64,000 nt of DNA from Planctomycetota bacterium (GCA_038227875.1 JBBRPR010000011.1:64001-128000); one strand, 5' to 3'; counted from the first letter of the stretch, positions 8,799-19,100 are shown. A program made the numbers and translations. The notes: generated from the letters alone by a model not told the origin.

Positions 8799-9000
8799 CT
8801 GCACTCCGCTTCGCCGGGCTACGTTCGTCCAAATTCCATCCCGGTAGCATAAAGCACCCGGGCTCCGGCACAACTATGACGGGAACGTAACTGGGTTGCT
8901 GCCAGATTTGTACTATATATGGTATGCGTTCTTCGAAGTACCACCGGGCCAATTGGCACACAGGTCAGTCGCCCTAAAGAGGGGAGTGCAACGCTTCGAC

Positions 9001-9708
9001 ATGCTGACGGCTGCGTCCGATGGATCTGTGACTTCCGCACGGCCGACACGTTCGCTGGGCCGCACATTAATGCTGGGCGGCGGCGGCGTCTTTCTCGCGC
9101 TCTGTCTAATTGCGCTGAGCCTCTGCTGGTACATGGGCGTGTTCGGGGAAAACTTCCGCGCCATCGCGCCGAATCAGGCGTATCGATCCGGCCAGGTTAC
9201 GCCCGAAACGATTCGCAAGCACGCCAAAGATGACAACATCAAAACTATCGTCAATCTGCGTGGTCAATCCAAATCAAGCTGGTACACCAAGGAACTTCAG
9301 GCCTGCCAGGACGCCGGCATCACGCATTTTGACATCAAGTTCGATCCCGGCTACCTCCCCTCCCCTGAGCGCCTGAATCAACTCATCGACGTCTTCGAAA
9401 AAGCGCCGACACCGATGCTGCTCCACTGCCGCGCTGGCGCGGATCGTTCTGGATTGGGTTCCGCGCTTTACGACTTGATCGTCCTGCACAAAACGCTCGA
9501 CGAGGCCATCGACGCGCAAATGACCTGGCGCGTCGGCCACGTGAAGAAGGATTCCGGCGACAAATTCCTGGACCTCTACCGCGCCAACGGCAACGGCAAG
9601 CCGATCAAGGAATGGATTAATTCCGGCTACCCGGAAATTTATCAACGCGAAACGGGAAAGACGCCGGTCGTGGAGCAGACGCCGGCTGATGACAAAGTCG
9701 AGCGTTGA
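9001..9708 (+). CDS. Protein tyrosine/dual-specificity phosphatase family protein, N-terminal membrane anchor
   Basis: HCRAGADRSG (CX5R) P-loop, YRSGQ, IKTIVNLRG; start uncertain (9001 or 9070). Confidence 0.85.
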   Translation: MLTAASDGSVTSARPTRSLGRTLMLGGGGVFLALCLIALSLCWYMGVFGENFRAIAPNQAYRSGQVTPETIRKHAKDDNIKTIVNLRGQSKSSWYTKELQACQDAGITHFDIKFDPGYLPSPERLNQLIDVFEKAPTPMLLHCRAGADRSGLGSALYDLIVLHKTLDEAIDAQMTWRVGHVKKDSGDKFLDLYRANGNGKPIKEWINSGYPEIYQRETGKTPVVEQTPADDKVER

Positions 9709-9894
9709 AGGGCAATTCAAAATTCAAAAGTAAAAAATCAAAAACGCACGCGGCTGGCTGAAACCATTCGCGTGCGGATACTTTCTTAGAGTTGTGGTTT
9801 CTAACCACGTCGCGAATTCGCGACGGGGTACGGAGTAGTGTGTCAGGAGTCCCACCTGATACAAATTTGTACCAGGGTCAAGGTCCGCGGTCGT

Positions 9895-10989
9895 TTACAT
9901 CGCCGGAACAGCCTCTGCCGACTTCACTGCCGCAACCGCCGCTTGAACCGGCGCGGAATTCTTCTTCGGCAGCTCCGCCACGAATTGGTATTTCGGATCG
10001 ATCTTCTGTTTCGCGATGATCGCGTCGATGCCTTTCCACGTCTCGTACAATCCGTTCGGGCACGGCGGCATGTCGTTCTTGATAAGGCGATGGAGCTTCG
10101 GCAGGTTGTAGCAGGGGACCGCCGCGTACATGTGGTGCTCGGTGTGATAATTCATGTGCCAGTACAGGAACTGGAAGACGGGGTTCAGGTAAATTGTGCG
10201 GCAGCAGAGGCGGAAGTCCGGAGCGTTGTCGCAGAGTCCGATGTGTTGCGCGCCGTTACAGAGGTGATGCAGACCGCCGGCGTAGTGCGGCGCGAACGTG
10301 ACTAGGAACGGAATGATCCAGAGCCGGTAGTAGCACGACACGCCCACGATCGCCACGTGCCCGACGATCAAAAATCGCTCCCAGTTCATCAGCTTCCGGT
10401 ATTCGCGCGGATTATCGTCGAACAGGTGATGATCCCATTTGCCTTCCAACCGGCCGGTGGCGATGCGCACATGATTTTTCAACTGCCACCACGGTCCGCG
10501 ATAATTGATGAAAGCACCTTTGAGAAATCCCTTCCACGAATGCCCCTGCGGCAGCGTGACTTCCAGATCGTCGGGCGGATGAAGCGTGAATTTGTGGTGC
10601 TCGGTGTGGCTGGCCCAGAAATGAATGTGATTGTACTGTCCGAGGAAACTGTAGACCCAGAGAAAGAAGCGGTTGAGCGCGCGCGTCTTGAAAACAGAAT
10701 CGTGAATCAGTTCGTGAAAGCCGTTGATCAGAAAATGCCAGCACGCCGCATGCACAAAACAGAGCGGAATCGACCAGTACCACGCGAACTTCTGCCACAC
10801 GATAAACGACGCCGTGCCCGTCAGCGCGAGCACGCCGAGGTACCCCAGCGTCTGCAGCATGCCCAGCACATCGCTGCGCTGGTTGAGCTTCGCCAGATCA
10901 TCTTTGCTGACCGGGCAGCGGTACCACTTGATCTGCTGGCCGGGCGCGCGTTCCGTTTTGGGTTCAAGCGTGGCTGGGGATGCGGACAT
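9895..10989 (-). CDS. Fatty acid desaturase family protein
   Basis: His boxes HELIH, HTEHH and YHTEHH plus hydrophobic segments. Confidence 0.9.
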   Translation of the reverse strand: MSASPATLEPKTERAPGQQIKWYRCPVSKDDLAKLNQRSDVLGMLQTLGYLGVLALTGTASFIVWQKFAWYWSIPLCFVHAACWHFLINGFHELIHDSVFKTRALNRFFLWVYSFLGQYNHIHFWASHTEHHKFTLHPPDDLEVTLPQGHSWKGFLKGAFINYRGPWWQLKNHVRIATGRLEGKWDHHLFDDNPREYRKLMNWERFLIVGHVAIVGVSCYYRLWIIPFLVTFAPHYAGGLHHLCNGAQHIGLCDNAPDFRLCCRTIYLNPVFQFLYWHMNYHTEHHMYAAVPCYNLPKLHRLIKNDMPPCPNGLYETWKGIDAIIAKQKIDPKYQFVAELPKKNSAPVQAAVAAVKSAEAVPAM

Positions 10990-11149
10990 GACAACCTCCG
11001 GAGGTCGAGCAGAACTCCGGCAAATAAGCGCCGGATGTGCACGTGTTCACCCCCTCATTAATAGCCCGCTTTTGAGCACCCATGTGTACAATCGTCTGGA
11101 ATAGGATTGTGCGCTGTGTATGAAAATACGTTTAGTGTTGGATCGAACA

Positions 11150-11635
11150 CTATCCCTGAATTGTTTCCAAGGCACGCGTCGCACCGCGCCGGACATAGTC
11201 CTTCTCGTCCTTCAGCGCAGCCCGAAGTAATTTTACCGCCGGCTTGTAGCGCAGCCGAGCCAGCGCATCCACTGTTCGTGCGCGCACGCCACCACTTTCA
11301 TCCTTCAGCAAAGGCAGCAAGAATTTTCCAGCCTTCGCACCGGCGACAACTTCAAGCGACTCCATCGCCAGCAACCGGACACTCATGTTGGGATCGCGCA
11401 ATGCCTGTTTCAGCGGTGCGACCGTGCGCGGATCGTTGATGAGCCGCAACGCATACGCCGCCCAGCGCCGAATCCGCACGTTCGGCGATTTCCGCAACGC
11501 GGAGATCAACGGCGTAACCGCTGCTTTACCGCACTTCGCCACAGCTTGTGCTGCAAGCATGGGGCGACGTTCGCCGTGATCGTTGAATTTCTCAATCAAC
11601 GCCTCGATCTTCAAAACACCCGTCAAGGCCATCAT
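11150..11635 (-). CDS. HEAT-repeat protein
   Basis: Repeated L.D....VR..A..AL units. Confidence 0.85.
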   Translation of the reverse strand: MMALTGVLKIEALIEKFNDHGERRPMLAAQAVAKCGKAAVTPLISALRKSPNVRIRRWAAYALRLINDPRTVAPLKQALRDPNMSVRLLAMESLEVVAGAKAGKFLLPLLKDESGGVRARTVDALARLRYKPAVKLLRAALKDEKDYVRRGATRALETIQG

Positions 11636-11687
11636 TCACTCCTAGTTCAAAACAGTATGCCTCAGGAGTTCGGCATTGCCGACATTT

Positions 11688-12932
11688 CTACGAGCCCAGA
11701 GCCACTCTCAGTTGCTTCGGCCCGCGCATCACACCGCTGTGCCACTCGACGGTCTCGGACGCGAGACTCATTTTCGGATGACGCGCGAACAGTGCCTTCA
11801 GCGCGATCGGCGCTTCCAGCCGCGCCAGCGCTGCGCCGAGGCAGAAATGAATGCCGCTGCCGAACGCGATGTGTTTGTTGTCGCGGCGCGTGATGTCGAA
11901 ACTGTCCGGCGCCGCGAACTGTGCCGGATCGCGATTGGCCGCGCCGACCAGCGAGAGCACCGTCTTTCCTTCTTCAATCGTCTTGCCGCCGACGGTGCTG
12001 GTCTTGAGCACGCTCCGACCGAGGCGCTGCAACGGGGCTTCGCAGCGCAGCGCTTCTTCGACCGTCGGCGCGTAGAGCGCGGGGCTCGCCATCAGCAGCT
12101 CACGCTGCACCGGATTCGTCAGCAGCAAGTACGTCGCGTTGGCGATCAGGTTCGTGGTCGTTTCGTGGCCGGCGACGAGCAGCGAGACACCCGTCGACAG
12201 CAGTTCCTCGTGAGAGAGGCGTGTCCCCTCCTCTTCCACGCGGACGAGTTCGCCGAGCAGATCGTCCGTCGGATTCTTGCGCCGATCGGCGACCACTTCC
12301 GCCAGGTACCCGCGCATTTCGACCAGCGCTTTCTGCGAAACCAGAATGATGTCCTGATCCGCACGCGGCACCGCCTGGAATTGCAGAATCGTGTACGACC
12401 AGTCCTTAAACGTTTCGCGCATGCTCGGCGGCACGCCCAGCATCTCCGCGATCACCTGGACCGGCAGCGGGTACGCGAATTCGTTGATCAGATCGAAGCT
12501 CGGCCGACCCGCGACATTTCCGAGCAACTCCGCGACCAGCGTCTCGATTTTCGGCCGCAGAATTTCCAGTGTCTTCGGGATGAATGCTTTCTGAATCAAC
12601 CGCCGCAGACGTGTGTGGTCCGGCGGATCGGAATTGATCAACCCTTGGGCGAAGTGACTCAGCAGCGGCTGAATGCGCTGCAGAAAATCGCCGGGGTACT
12701 CGCGCTGAATCGTATTCGTCACGCGCCCGCGATTGGAGAACGTCGCGTGATCCTGCAGCACCGGACAAATATCCGCGTACCGCGTGAGTACCCAGCAACC
12801 CCACGGTTCACACCAATGCACCGGATCGCTCTCGCGAAGCTGCGCATAAAAGGGATACGGATTATTCCTAAAGCCGTCAGTATTAACCGCCGCATCAAAC
12901 GCGTTCATAAACGTCCCCGGTCCCGGACCCAT
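11688..12932 (-). CDS. Cytochrome P450
   Basis: DPPDHTRLR, AGHETT, EEALR, FGSGIHFCLGA heme motif. Confidence 0.97.
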   Translation of the reverse strand: MGPGPGTFMNAFDAAVNTDGFRNNPYPFYAQLRESDPVHWCEPWGCWVLTRYADICPVLQDHATFSNRGRVTNTIQREYPGDFLQRIQPLLSHFAQGLINSDPPDHTRLRRLIQKAFIPKTLEILRPKIETLVAELLGNVAGRPSFDLINEFAYPLPVQVIAEMLGVPPSMRETFKDWSYTILQFQAVPRADQDIILVSQKALVEMRGYLAEVVADRRKNPTDDLLGELVRVEEEGTRLSHEELLSTGVSLLVAGHETTTNLIANATYLLLTNPVQRELLMASPALYAPTVEEALRCEAPLQRLGRSVLKTSTVGGKTIEEGKTVLSLVGAANRDPAQFAAPDSFDITRRDNKHIAFGSGIHFCLGAALARLEAPIALKALFARHPKMSLASETVEWHSGVMRGPKQLRVALGS

Positions 12933-12980
12933 CTGTAGCCGTTGCCGTTCTTTGCGTCTTGGCGCGAGATAAAAAATGAA

Positions 12981-13511
12981 CTACAGCCGCGGTTTGCGCA
13001 GCGGCTTGTCGGTGTCGCCGGGATCGAGATCCGGCGGGCCTTCGCCCGGCTCGCCGGCATCGCTGTCCTTCTTTTTCGGCGCGCCTTTTTCGCCCCACAT
13101 CAGGCGCATCATCACGGGGTATTCTTCGTCGACAGCAGTCAGCAGACAATACAGGCAGCGGCGGAAACCTTCGTAGCTGATGTCCGAATCGTTCACCGGC
13201 ACGTCGATCTCCGCGCGCACTTCTCCGTCGGCGGGGTCGTAGCCGAATTTCAACAGGATGTACTGCATGTTCAGTTCCATCAGCCGCTCGAGAATGCGCG
13301 ACTTGTCCTGAACCTTGCTCAGGTTGAGATAATTCGGAACGATAAAGCGGACGCGCTGCTTCTCACTGTCGTAAAGCACCATCGCGCGGTACGTGGCGTG
13401 ATCGCCGCGGAAGCCCGTGCGAATGCAGGATCCTTCCGAGTCCAGATCGTAACGCCATTCATCGCGGTCGAGGTAGCGGGCGAGTGTGTCGAGTGTGACC
13501 AGAGTACTCAT
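12981..13511 (-). CDS. YbjN-like (T3SS chaperone fold) protein
   Basis: ILERLMELNMQYILLKFGYDPADGEVRAEIDVP resembles the YbjN/sensory-transduction-regulator family. Confidence 0.7.
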   Translation of the reverse strand: MSTLVTLDTLARYLDRDEWRYDLDSEGSCIRTGFRGDHATYRAMVLYDSEKQRVRFIVPNYLNLSKVQDKSRILERLMELNMQYILLKFGYDPADGEVRAEIDVPVNDSDISYEGFRRCLYCLLTAVDEEYPVMMRLMWGEKGAPKKKDSDAGEPGEGPPDLDPGDTDKPLRKPRL

Positions 13512-13554
13512 GCAGTCGTAGCTTGCCTATAGAGGGCGGTGCTAGAAACTGGAC

Positions 13555-13576
13555 GGCAGGCCGGGTGTGGCCTGCC
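13555..13576. terminator. GC-rich hairpin downstream of the tRNA
   Basis: GGCAGGCC-GGGTGT-GGCCTGCC; lacks a clear U-tract. Confidence 0.4.
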
Positions 13577-13590
13577 TGACTGCCGGAATT

Positions 13591-13666
13591 TGGTGGAGGT
13601 GATGGGAGTTGAACCCACGACCTCTGCATTGCGAACGCAGCGCTCTCCCAACTGAGCTACACCCCC
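13591..13666 (-). tRNA. tRNA-Ala (anticodon CGC)
   Basis: 76 nt GGGGGTGTAGCTCAGTTGGGAGAGCGCTGCGTT-CGC-AATGCAGAGGTCGTGGGTTCAACTCCCATCACCTCCACCA; G3-U70 pair and encoded CCA. Confidence 0.98.
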
Positions 13667-13760
13667 AATTTAAGGCCCGCGTATCTTGGCATTGATGTGC
13701 GGAATGTCAAACGTCGATTCAAGTTTGAACACGCAAACAAGACGTCTGTCTGAAAATTTT

Positions 13761-14852
13761 TCACGGACGCAAACCAAAATGCCGCTGACGGTCGATGAGT
13801 TCGCCGTATTTCTTCACGATCTCTTCGATTGTCGCCTTGTCTTCGGGGAGATACTGCTGCATCCGCGCGTAGGCCTCGTCCGCTTTTTTCTGTTCCTGAG
13901 CGGCGTACGCAAAATTTCCCTGCCGCGAGCCTTCCTGCGCGTGCGTGGCATACGTATAGATCTGCTGCTGCATGCAACCGCGCAGTAATTCCGGAACGGT
14001 CTGGTCCCAGGTCATGTCCCGTTCCTTGTTGCGGCGCAAAAGCTCCACGTACCAGGCCTCCGTGCCGCCGTCGGACCATTTCTTCCATTCGCTGACCGGC
14101 TTGTTGTCTTTTGCGTACCACATGCCAAGGTGCTCAAGGCACTGCCCATAAATGCGTTCCGTGCGCAGCGGATTTTTCTCCGTCTGGGTCGCGATCGATT
14201 TCCAGAAAAAATACGCCGCGAAACGGTAGTTCTCGTCCTTGCGCGCGTGCCCGGGCACCCATTTCCCCGGCTTGCTGAACGCCGACTCGATCTGCTCGTC
14301 GGTCAGCTCGTCGATGTTCGGCAGCTCGCGGTCGCGAACGTCGCGGCAGTTTTCAATCTTCTGGTCGCTGAGCCGGTCGAAGTACTGGTAGCCGAGCTCA
14401 AACCATAGATTGTAATTCTGGCGGGTGCGCTCCAGTCCGTTCTCCAGTGTGGCCAGCCCGGAGCGGATCCAATACCACTTGTCTTCACAATTCTCGGCGT
14501 GAATGGAAATATTATACGACATGTTGTACGCCTGAAACGCGTGGACATGCGTGAACGTCGGCTGCAGCTTCTGGATCAGATCGCAGAGCAGCTTCAGTTC
14601 GTAGTAGTGCGAACTGTCCTGCTGCGTCTGCGCCTTAAACCAGAGCACGTCGGCCAGCAGTCCGCGGAATCCGCCCAGCGCCAGGAAGCCGACTTCCAGC
14701 GAATCCTTGTCCTCGGAATTCATCCACGACAGTTTCGATTCGATGCGCCGCTCTTCGACGTGGTGCTGCATGAAGCCTGCGCCGATCAGGGCCACGATGC
14801 CCACGGCGATCGCCGCCATCGGGAAACTCGGAGCCCCGCTGCGTGCGCTCAT
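13761..14852 (-). CDS. Membrane-anchored helical (TPR-like) accessory protein of ABC exporter cluster
   Basis: N-terminal TM, LGGFRGLLADVLW and AYNMSYNIS motifs; 4-nt overlap with the permease. Confidence 0.65.
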   Translation of the reverse strand: MSARSGAPSFPMAAIAVGIVALIGAGFMQHHVEERRIESKLSWMNSEDKDSLEVGFLALGGFRGLLADVLWFKAQTQQDSSHYYELKLLCDLIQKLQPTFTHVHAFQAYNMSYNISIHAENCEDKWYWIRSGLATLENGLERTRQNYNLWFELGYQYFDRLSDQKIENCRDVRDRELPNIDELTDEQIESAFSKPGKWVPGHARKDENYRFAAYFFWKSIATQTEKNPLRTERIYGQCLEHLGMWYAKDNKPVSEWKKWSDGGTEAWYVELLRRNKERDMTWDQTVPELLRGCMQQQIYTYATHAQEGSRQGNFAYAAQEQKKADEAYARMQQYLPEDKATIEEIVKKYGELIDRQRHFGLRP

Positions 14853-16282
14853 TTGCCCACCTCGCGTTGCTGAAATGAAATCACTCCCGGCAGCGCCCAG
14901 CCCAGGCCCCGCACCACGCCCATCCAGAGCGCCGCGTGTGCCAGCGTGAAGGCGGAAAGAAAATGCCCGTCAATGAACGCGGAGGGCCCGCCGGCCGTGC
15001 GAAAATCCGGCAGCACCTTCAAGAGCGTTCCAATCACGCTCATCACCGTTTGCATCATGCTCTCACTGGCCGCAGCAGCCGCGGCGGCATTGAGCTGATC
15101 GGGACGCGGCGCGCTGTTTTGCAGCAGGCTCAGCGCCTGGCGGGACATTTCTCCGCCCAGCACCAGCAGCAGGCCCAGTGCGACGGTGACCGGAAAGGAG
15201 AGCACGCCCGACCACCCGGTCGTGATCATCGCCAGAATCCAGCCCTGCAGCGCCAGCAGGAAGCACGACTTCGTCAGGTTCGCGACGGCCCCGTCGGCGG
15301 CGTAGCCCAACGCCAGACCATGCGCGCGCGAGACCAGCACTGTGCACTTGAAACCTTCCTTGGTCGACGGCCCCAGCGTCACCTGCAAACTCCCCTGCTC
15401 TTTCAATTGGGAATTGAGCACATACAGATCGAAGGCATGATCCTGCTGCGCGAAAAAATGTCTGTCGATCAGCGGCGTCTCGTTCGGATAGCCCACGCGC
15501 AACAGCATGTCGGGAATTTGCGGCGAGAAGGTCAGATTGGACGTCAGTTGAAAGCGCAGCTGCAACGCCTCGCCGCGCAACCGGGCGCGATTGACATCGA
15601 AGACGAAGGTGCGTGTCTCGCTGGGTTTGATGAAGACGAAGGAATTGGCCTTGTCGCTGAACTCCGCCGGGCCTTCGTAGGTCCGGGTGATCAGCGCATT
15701 GCGCCGCAGATCGTCCCACGTGCCGGAATCCACCAGCGCCGACGCGCGGCGGTTTTCCGCGCGCTGCGGCACCGCGCGCACAAGAATTCCAGCGAACAAC
15801 GTCAGGACCACCGCGAACACCACCTGCACGCCCCAGAACCCCAGCGCTTTACCCAGCAGAATGGTCCAGCGCGGCACGGGCTTGGTGCCCAGCGTGTACA
15901 TGATGCGCGATTCAATTTCACGCGAGACGGAAAGCGCGGAAAGCAGCACGATCAGCGATGCGCCGAGTACTTCGCCGGTCGAAAAACAGGTGTCGATGAT
16001 CAGCCGCGCGCGTCCGGCGTGCGTGCCATCCGCATCAGAGAGAAACGCCATGATCCCCGCGACGCCCGCCAGCGCGAACATCATCCACAGCACGTTCTGG
16101 CGCAGACCTTCGCGGAAACCAAGCACCGCCAGCGCGTAAACCTGTCGCACCAGCCGCCGCCCTTTGCCGCCCGGCCAGACCATCGTGACCACGATCACGC
16201 CGATGACGAACCAGACCAGCATCAACGCCGAATTGCGGGAGTCATCCAGAGTGGCAACGAGTTTCGACAGAAATTCCGGCAT
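14849..16282 (-). CDS. ABC-2 type transporter permease with large extracytoplasmic loop
   Basis: SREIESRIMYTLGTKPVPRWTILLGKALG motif, multiple TMs; start at MPEFL. Confidence 0.9.
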   Translation of the reverse strand: MPEFLSKLVATLDDSRNSALMLVWFVIGVIVVTMVWPGGKGRRLVRQVYALAVLGFREGLRQNVLWMMFALAGVAGIMAFLSDADGTHAGRARLIIDTCFSTGEVLGASLIVLLSALSVSREIESRIMYTLGTKPVPRWTILLGKALGFWGVQVVFAVVLTLFAGILVRAVPQRAENRRASALVDSGTWDDLRRNALITRTYEGPAEFSDKANSFVFIKPSETRTFVFDVNRARLRGEALQLRFQLTSNLTFSPQIPDMLLRVGYPNETPLIDRHFFAQQDHAFDLYVLNSQLKEQGSLQVTLGPSTKEGFKCTVLVSRAHGLALGYAADGAVANLTKSCFLLALQGWILAMITTGWSGVLSFPVTVALGLLLVLGGEMSRQALSLLQNSAPRPDQLNAAAAAAASESMMQTVMSVIGTLLKVLPDFRTAGGPSAFIDGHFLSAFTLAHAALWMGVVRGLGWALPGVISFQQREVGK

Positions 16283-16301
16283 CGATGCGCGTCTGCTCCG
16301 C

Positions 16302-17189
16302 TCAGTTGCTCTTGCCGCGTTCGCGTTCAACCACGCGCAGGAACAACGTCTCCAGCCGCTCGCGGCGCCGGTGCGCGCCCAGCACGTTGCCGCCCCGTTT
16401 TTCCGCTTCGCTGCGCACGGCCGCGAGCGCTTCGGGCCCAAGATCCTTCACGGAGATCTCCGTCACGTCGCCCATCTCGAGCAGATCGTTGACACGGCCC
16501 TCCAATTGCAGCCGGCCGCGGTAGAGCATCGCCACGCGGTCGCAGACGTCTTCCACATCGCCCAGCAGATGCGACGAGAGCAGCACGGTCTTGCCTTGCT
16601 TCTTCAAGTCCAGGATCAGGTCCTTGATTTCGCGGGAACCGATCGGATCCATGCCGCTGGTCGGTTCGTCGAGCAGGATTAATTCCGGATCGTTGATCAG
16701 GCACTGCGCCAGACCGACGCGGCGCACCATACCCTTGGAATATTCCTTGAGCGGCCGCTTGCGCGCGTGAACCAGACCGACCCGCTCGATCAGTTCCGCG
16801 GCACGTTTGCGGCGAACGTCGCCGGGCAGATCGAACAGCCGGCCGTAAAAGTCGAGCGTCTCTTCGGCGTTCAGGTAGCGGTGGAGGTACGACTCTTCGG
16901 GCAGGTAGCCAATCTTCTGCTTGGTATAAATGTCCTGCGGATCTGCGCCGAGCACCCGGACGGTTCCGGCGGTCGGAAAAATCAGGCCGAGAATCAATTT
17001 GATCGTCGTCGTCTTGCCCGCGCCATTGGGTCCCAGCAGCCCGAAGACTTCGCCGCGGCGGACTTCCATGGTCAGGTTGTCGAGCGAGCGGACCGTCGGA
17101 CGACCCCACAAATCGGTGAAGTCCTTGGTCAAGCCCGAGCACGACAGAATGGTTTCTGCAACAGGTTCAGGTGTTGTCATGGCAGCCAA
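16302..17189 (-). CDS. ABC transporter ATP-binding protein
   Basis: GPNGAGKTT, YSKGM, LLDEPTSG, SSH. Confidence 0.97.
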   Translation of the reverse strand: MAAMTTPEPVAETILSCSGLTKDFTDLWGRPTVRSLDNLTMEVRRGEVFGLLGPNGAGKTTTIKLILGLIFPTAGTVRVLGADPQDIYTKQKIGYLPEESYLHRYLNAEETLDFYGRLFDLPGDVRRKRAAELIERVGLVHARKRPLKEYSKGMVRRVGLAQCLINDPELILLDEPTSGMDPIGSREIKDLILDLKKQGKTVLLSSHLLGDVEDVCDRVAMLYRGRLQLEGRVNDLLEMGDVTEISVKDLGPEALAAVRSEAEKRGGNVLGAHRRRERLETLFLRVVERERGKSN

Positions 17190-17465
17190 AGGATACGAAC
17201 TCCGAAAAAAACAACCACGTTAAAACCTTGCGTCATCATACCCTTACGAACTTCCATGGAAGAGAGTTCGTCACATTCTTGAATTCCTCACGACGCCCCC
17301 ACTTGACGTTTGCGATTGTGCGCTTAGAAATTGGTTCAGCAGCCCGGTGAATAATGTCAATTCTGCCCAGTTTCTCCGTGAAACACCTGGCAGCAAAGGC
17401 GTTTCGCGGCGTAGGCCCAAGGTTTATCAACGGGCAGCCAGGCTCCGCAAAAACAAGAGGTTACC

Positions 17466-17978
17466 GTGGCCACACAGCCAGTACCGACACCCAGCGCCGA
17501 AGATTACGACAAGCTGATCAAGGACATTAACCATCGCGTATGGGAAGTCCGCCGTAACGCCTGCGAAGAGCTGGGGAATTCCGGTGATGCCCGCGCCGTG
17601 CCGCACCTGATTCGCCTGCTCAGCGATGGCGTCGGCGCTGTCCGCTTCGCCGCCGCCGAGTCACTCGGCAAGATCGGCGATAAGTCCGCCGTCTCCGCGC
17701 TGATCGCCCTGCTCGACAATCCGCAATTCGGCTCCTACGGTCCGGTGATCGAAAGTCTCGCCAGCTTGAAAGCACAGGAAGCGATTCCCTTCTTCATCCG
17801 CTTCCTTCGCGACCACGACCCGCGCGTCCGCGGCCTGGCCGCCAACGCCTTGATGGTCATGACCCGCCAGTTCATCGGTTTCAAAGCCAAAGGCTCCGAA
17901 GAAGAACGCAACGCCTCCATCGTCCAGTGGGAAGCGTGGTGGGAAAAGAATCAGCACTCCATGACGCCGCCAGGCTGA
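17466..17978 (+). CDS. HEAT-repeat protein
   Basis: VRRNACEELG, VRFAAAESLG, VRGLAANAL; ends in WEAWWE. Confidence 0.85.
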   Translation: MATQPVPTPSAEDYDKLIKDINHRVWEVRRNACEELGNSGDARAVPHLIRLLSDGVGAVRFAAAESLGKIGDKSAVSALIALLDNPQFGSYGPVIESLASLKAQEAIPFFIRFLRDHDPRVRGLAANALMVMTRQFIGFKAKGSEEERNASIVQWEAWWEKNQHSMTPPG

Positions 17979-17981
17979 ATG

Positions 17982-18179
17982 GCATTGCGGATTTCGGATT
18001 GCGGATTAGCGAAGGCTGCGCTCCTGCTTTGCCAAAATGAATTCGAGATCGAAGGCAGCCGCCACAGATTTCTTCTGGGCGACGTAAAAAATCCGTCTCA
18101 GATTTCGTAGTCCTTGATTTCAGCTTCGGCGATGCGGACCGATATGCTTAGCTAATCCGCAATCCGCAATCCGCAATGC
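17982..18179. repeat. MITE-like element, copy 1, with (GCGGATT)n inverted ends
   Basis: 29-nt terminal inverted repeats matching 28/29; interior homologous to 25384-25609. Confidence 0.8.
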
Positions 18180-18181
18180 AG

Positions 18182-19060
18182 TTACTTCACCGTCGCCCGC
18201 TTCGGATCACTATTCGTCCACGCAGAGTACCACAGATCCAGCGTCAGCTTCGCGCCGGCGCGGGTGCGTTCGACCATCAGTTCGCGTCCGGCTTCCGGAT
18301 CGCGATCGAATGCGCCGTTGGCGTCGAGCTTGTAGCATTCGTCGACGTGCGTGTGTGAGGTCTTGATTGCGTCGACGATCAGCGGCCAGGCGTTGATCAC
18401 ATCTTTCGCTGCGAGACCGTCGGCGATTTTCTCGGCGGTGATGCCGTTCTTTTCCGGATACGCGTCGATGCGGCCGTGAATTCCCTTTTGCTCAACGGCT
18501 CCGCCGGCCAGATTGCGGCCGTCGTAATCTTTGGTGGTGTGCAGCGGCATCGCGCAGTCTTCGCTGTAGTGGGCCATCCATCCCGCGTAGACGATGATGC
18601 GCTTCTTGGTTATCTCCGATTCCGGATCGTTGCGGTAATCGCGGAAGGCGAGCAGCAGCCGTTCGTAGCCTTCAATCATCGCGTACGGCAGTGTGCCAGC
18701 CTTGGTCGGGTCGATGTCCTTCGAGAAATAAAATTTCAGCAGATCGTAACGCTGCGCGGGGATGGGCGCGTCACCGAGGTATTCCAAGTCAATGAAATGC
18801 TCCGGCTGCTCGGTCGAGCGCAGGTGCGACGTGGTGACGTTCTTCCAGTTGTCCGGATCGACACAGACTTCCGCCAATTCCTTGCCGGCATCGCGGAAAA
18901 ATTTCGGCACGTCTTCCGGCAATTTGGACGCGGCTGCGAGCGTGCATAGTTTATGCCCGCCCGCCCACCACGCCTGCGACCGCGCCGCGAAAACGCCCGC
19001 GACGATCAGCAAGGCGAGCCCCACAACTGCACCACGCATAAGAATTATTCCGTAGCGCAT
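18182..19060 (-). CDS. Secreted S1/P1 nuclease (phospholipase C/P1 fold) family protein
   Basis: Signal peptide then SQA-WWAGGH, HFID, HYSEDCAMPLH zinc ligands, IHGRID. Confidence 0.8.
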   Translation of the reverse strand: MRYGIILMRGAVVGLALLIVAGVFAARSQAWWAGGHKLCTLAAASKLPEDVPKFFRDAGKELAEVCVDPDNWKNVTTSHLRSTEQPEHFIDLEYLGDAPIPAQRYDLLKFYFSKDIDPTKAGTLPYAMIEGYERLLLAFRDYRNDPESEITKKRIIVYAGWMAHYSEDCAMPLHTTKDYDGRNLAGGAVEQKGIHGRIDAYPEKNGITAEKIADGLAAKDVINAWPLIVDAIKTSHTHVDECYKLDANGAFDRDPEAGRELMVERTRAGAKLTLDLWYSAWTNSDPKRATVK

Positions 19061-19100
19061 AGTCATCTCCAAACTCAATTCAAAACTCAAAACTACCCTA

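Noticed and set aside
13591..13666. tRNA-Ala as the integration site of a genomic island
   Set aside because: No integrase and no duplicated tRNA 3' end found in the window
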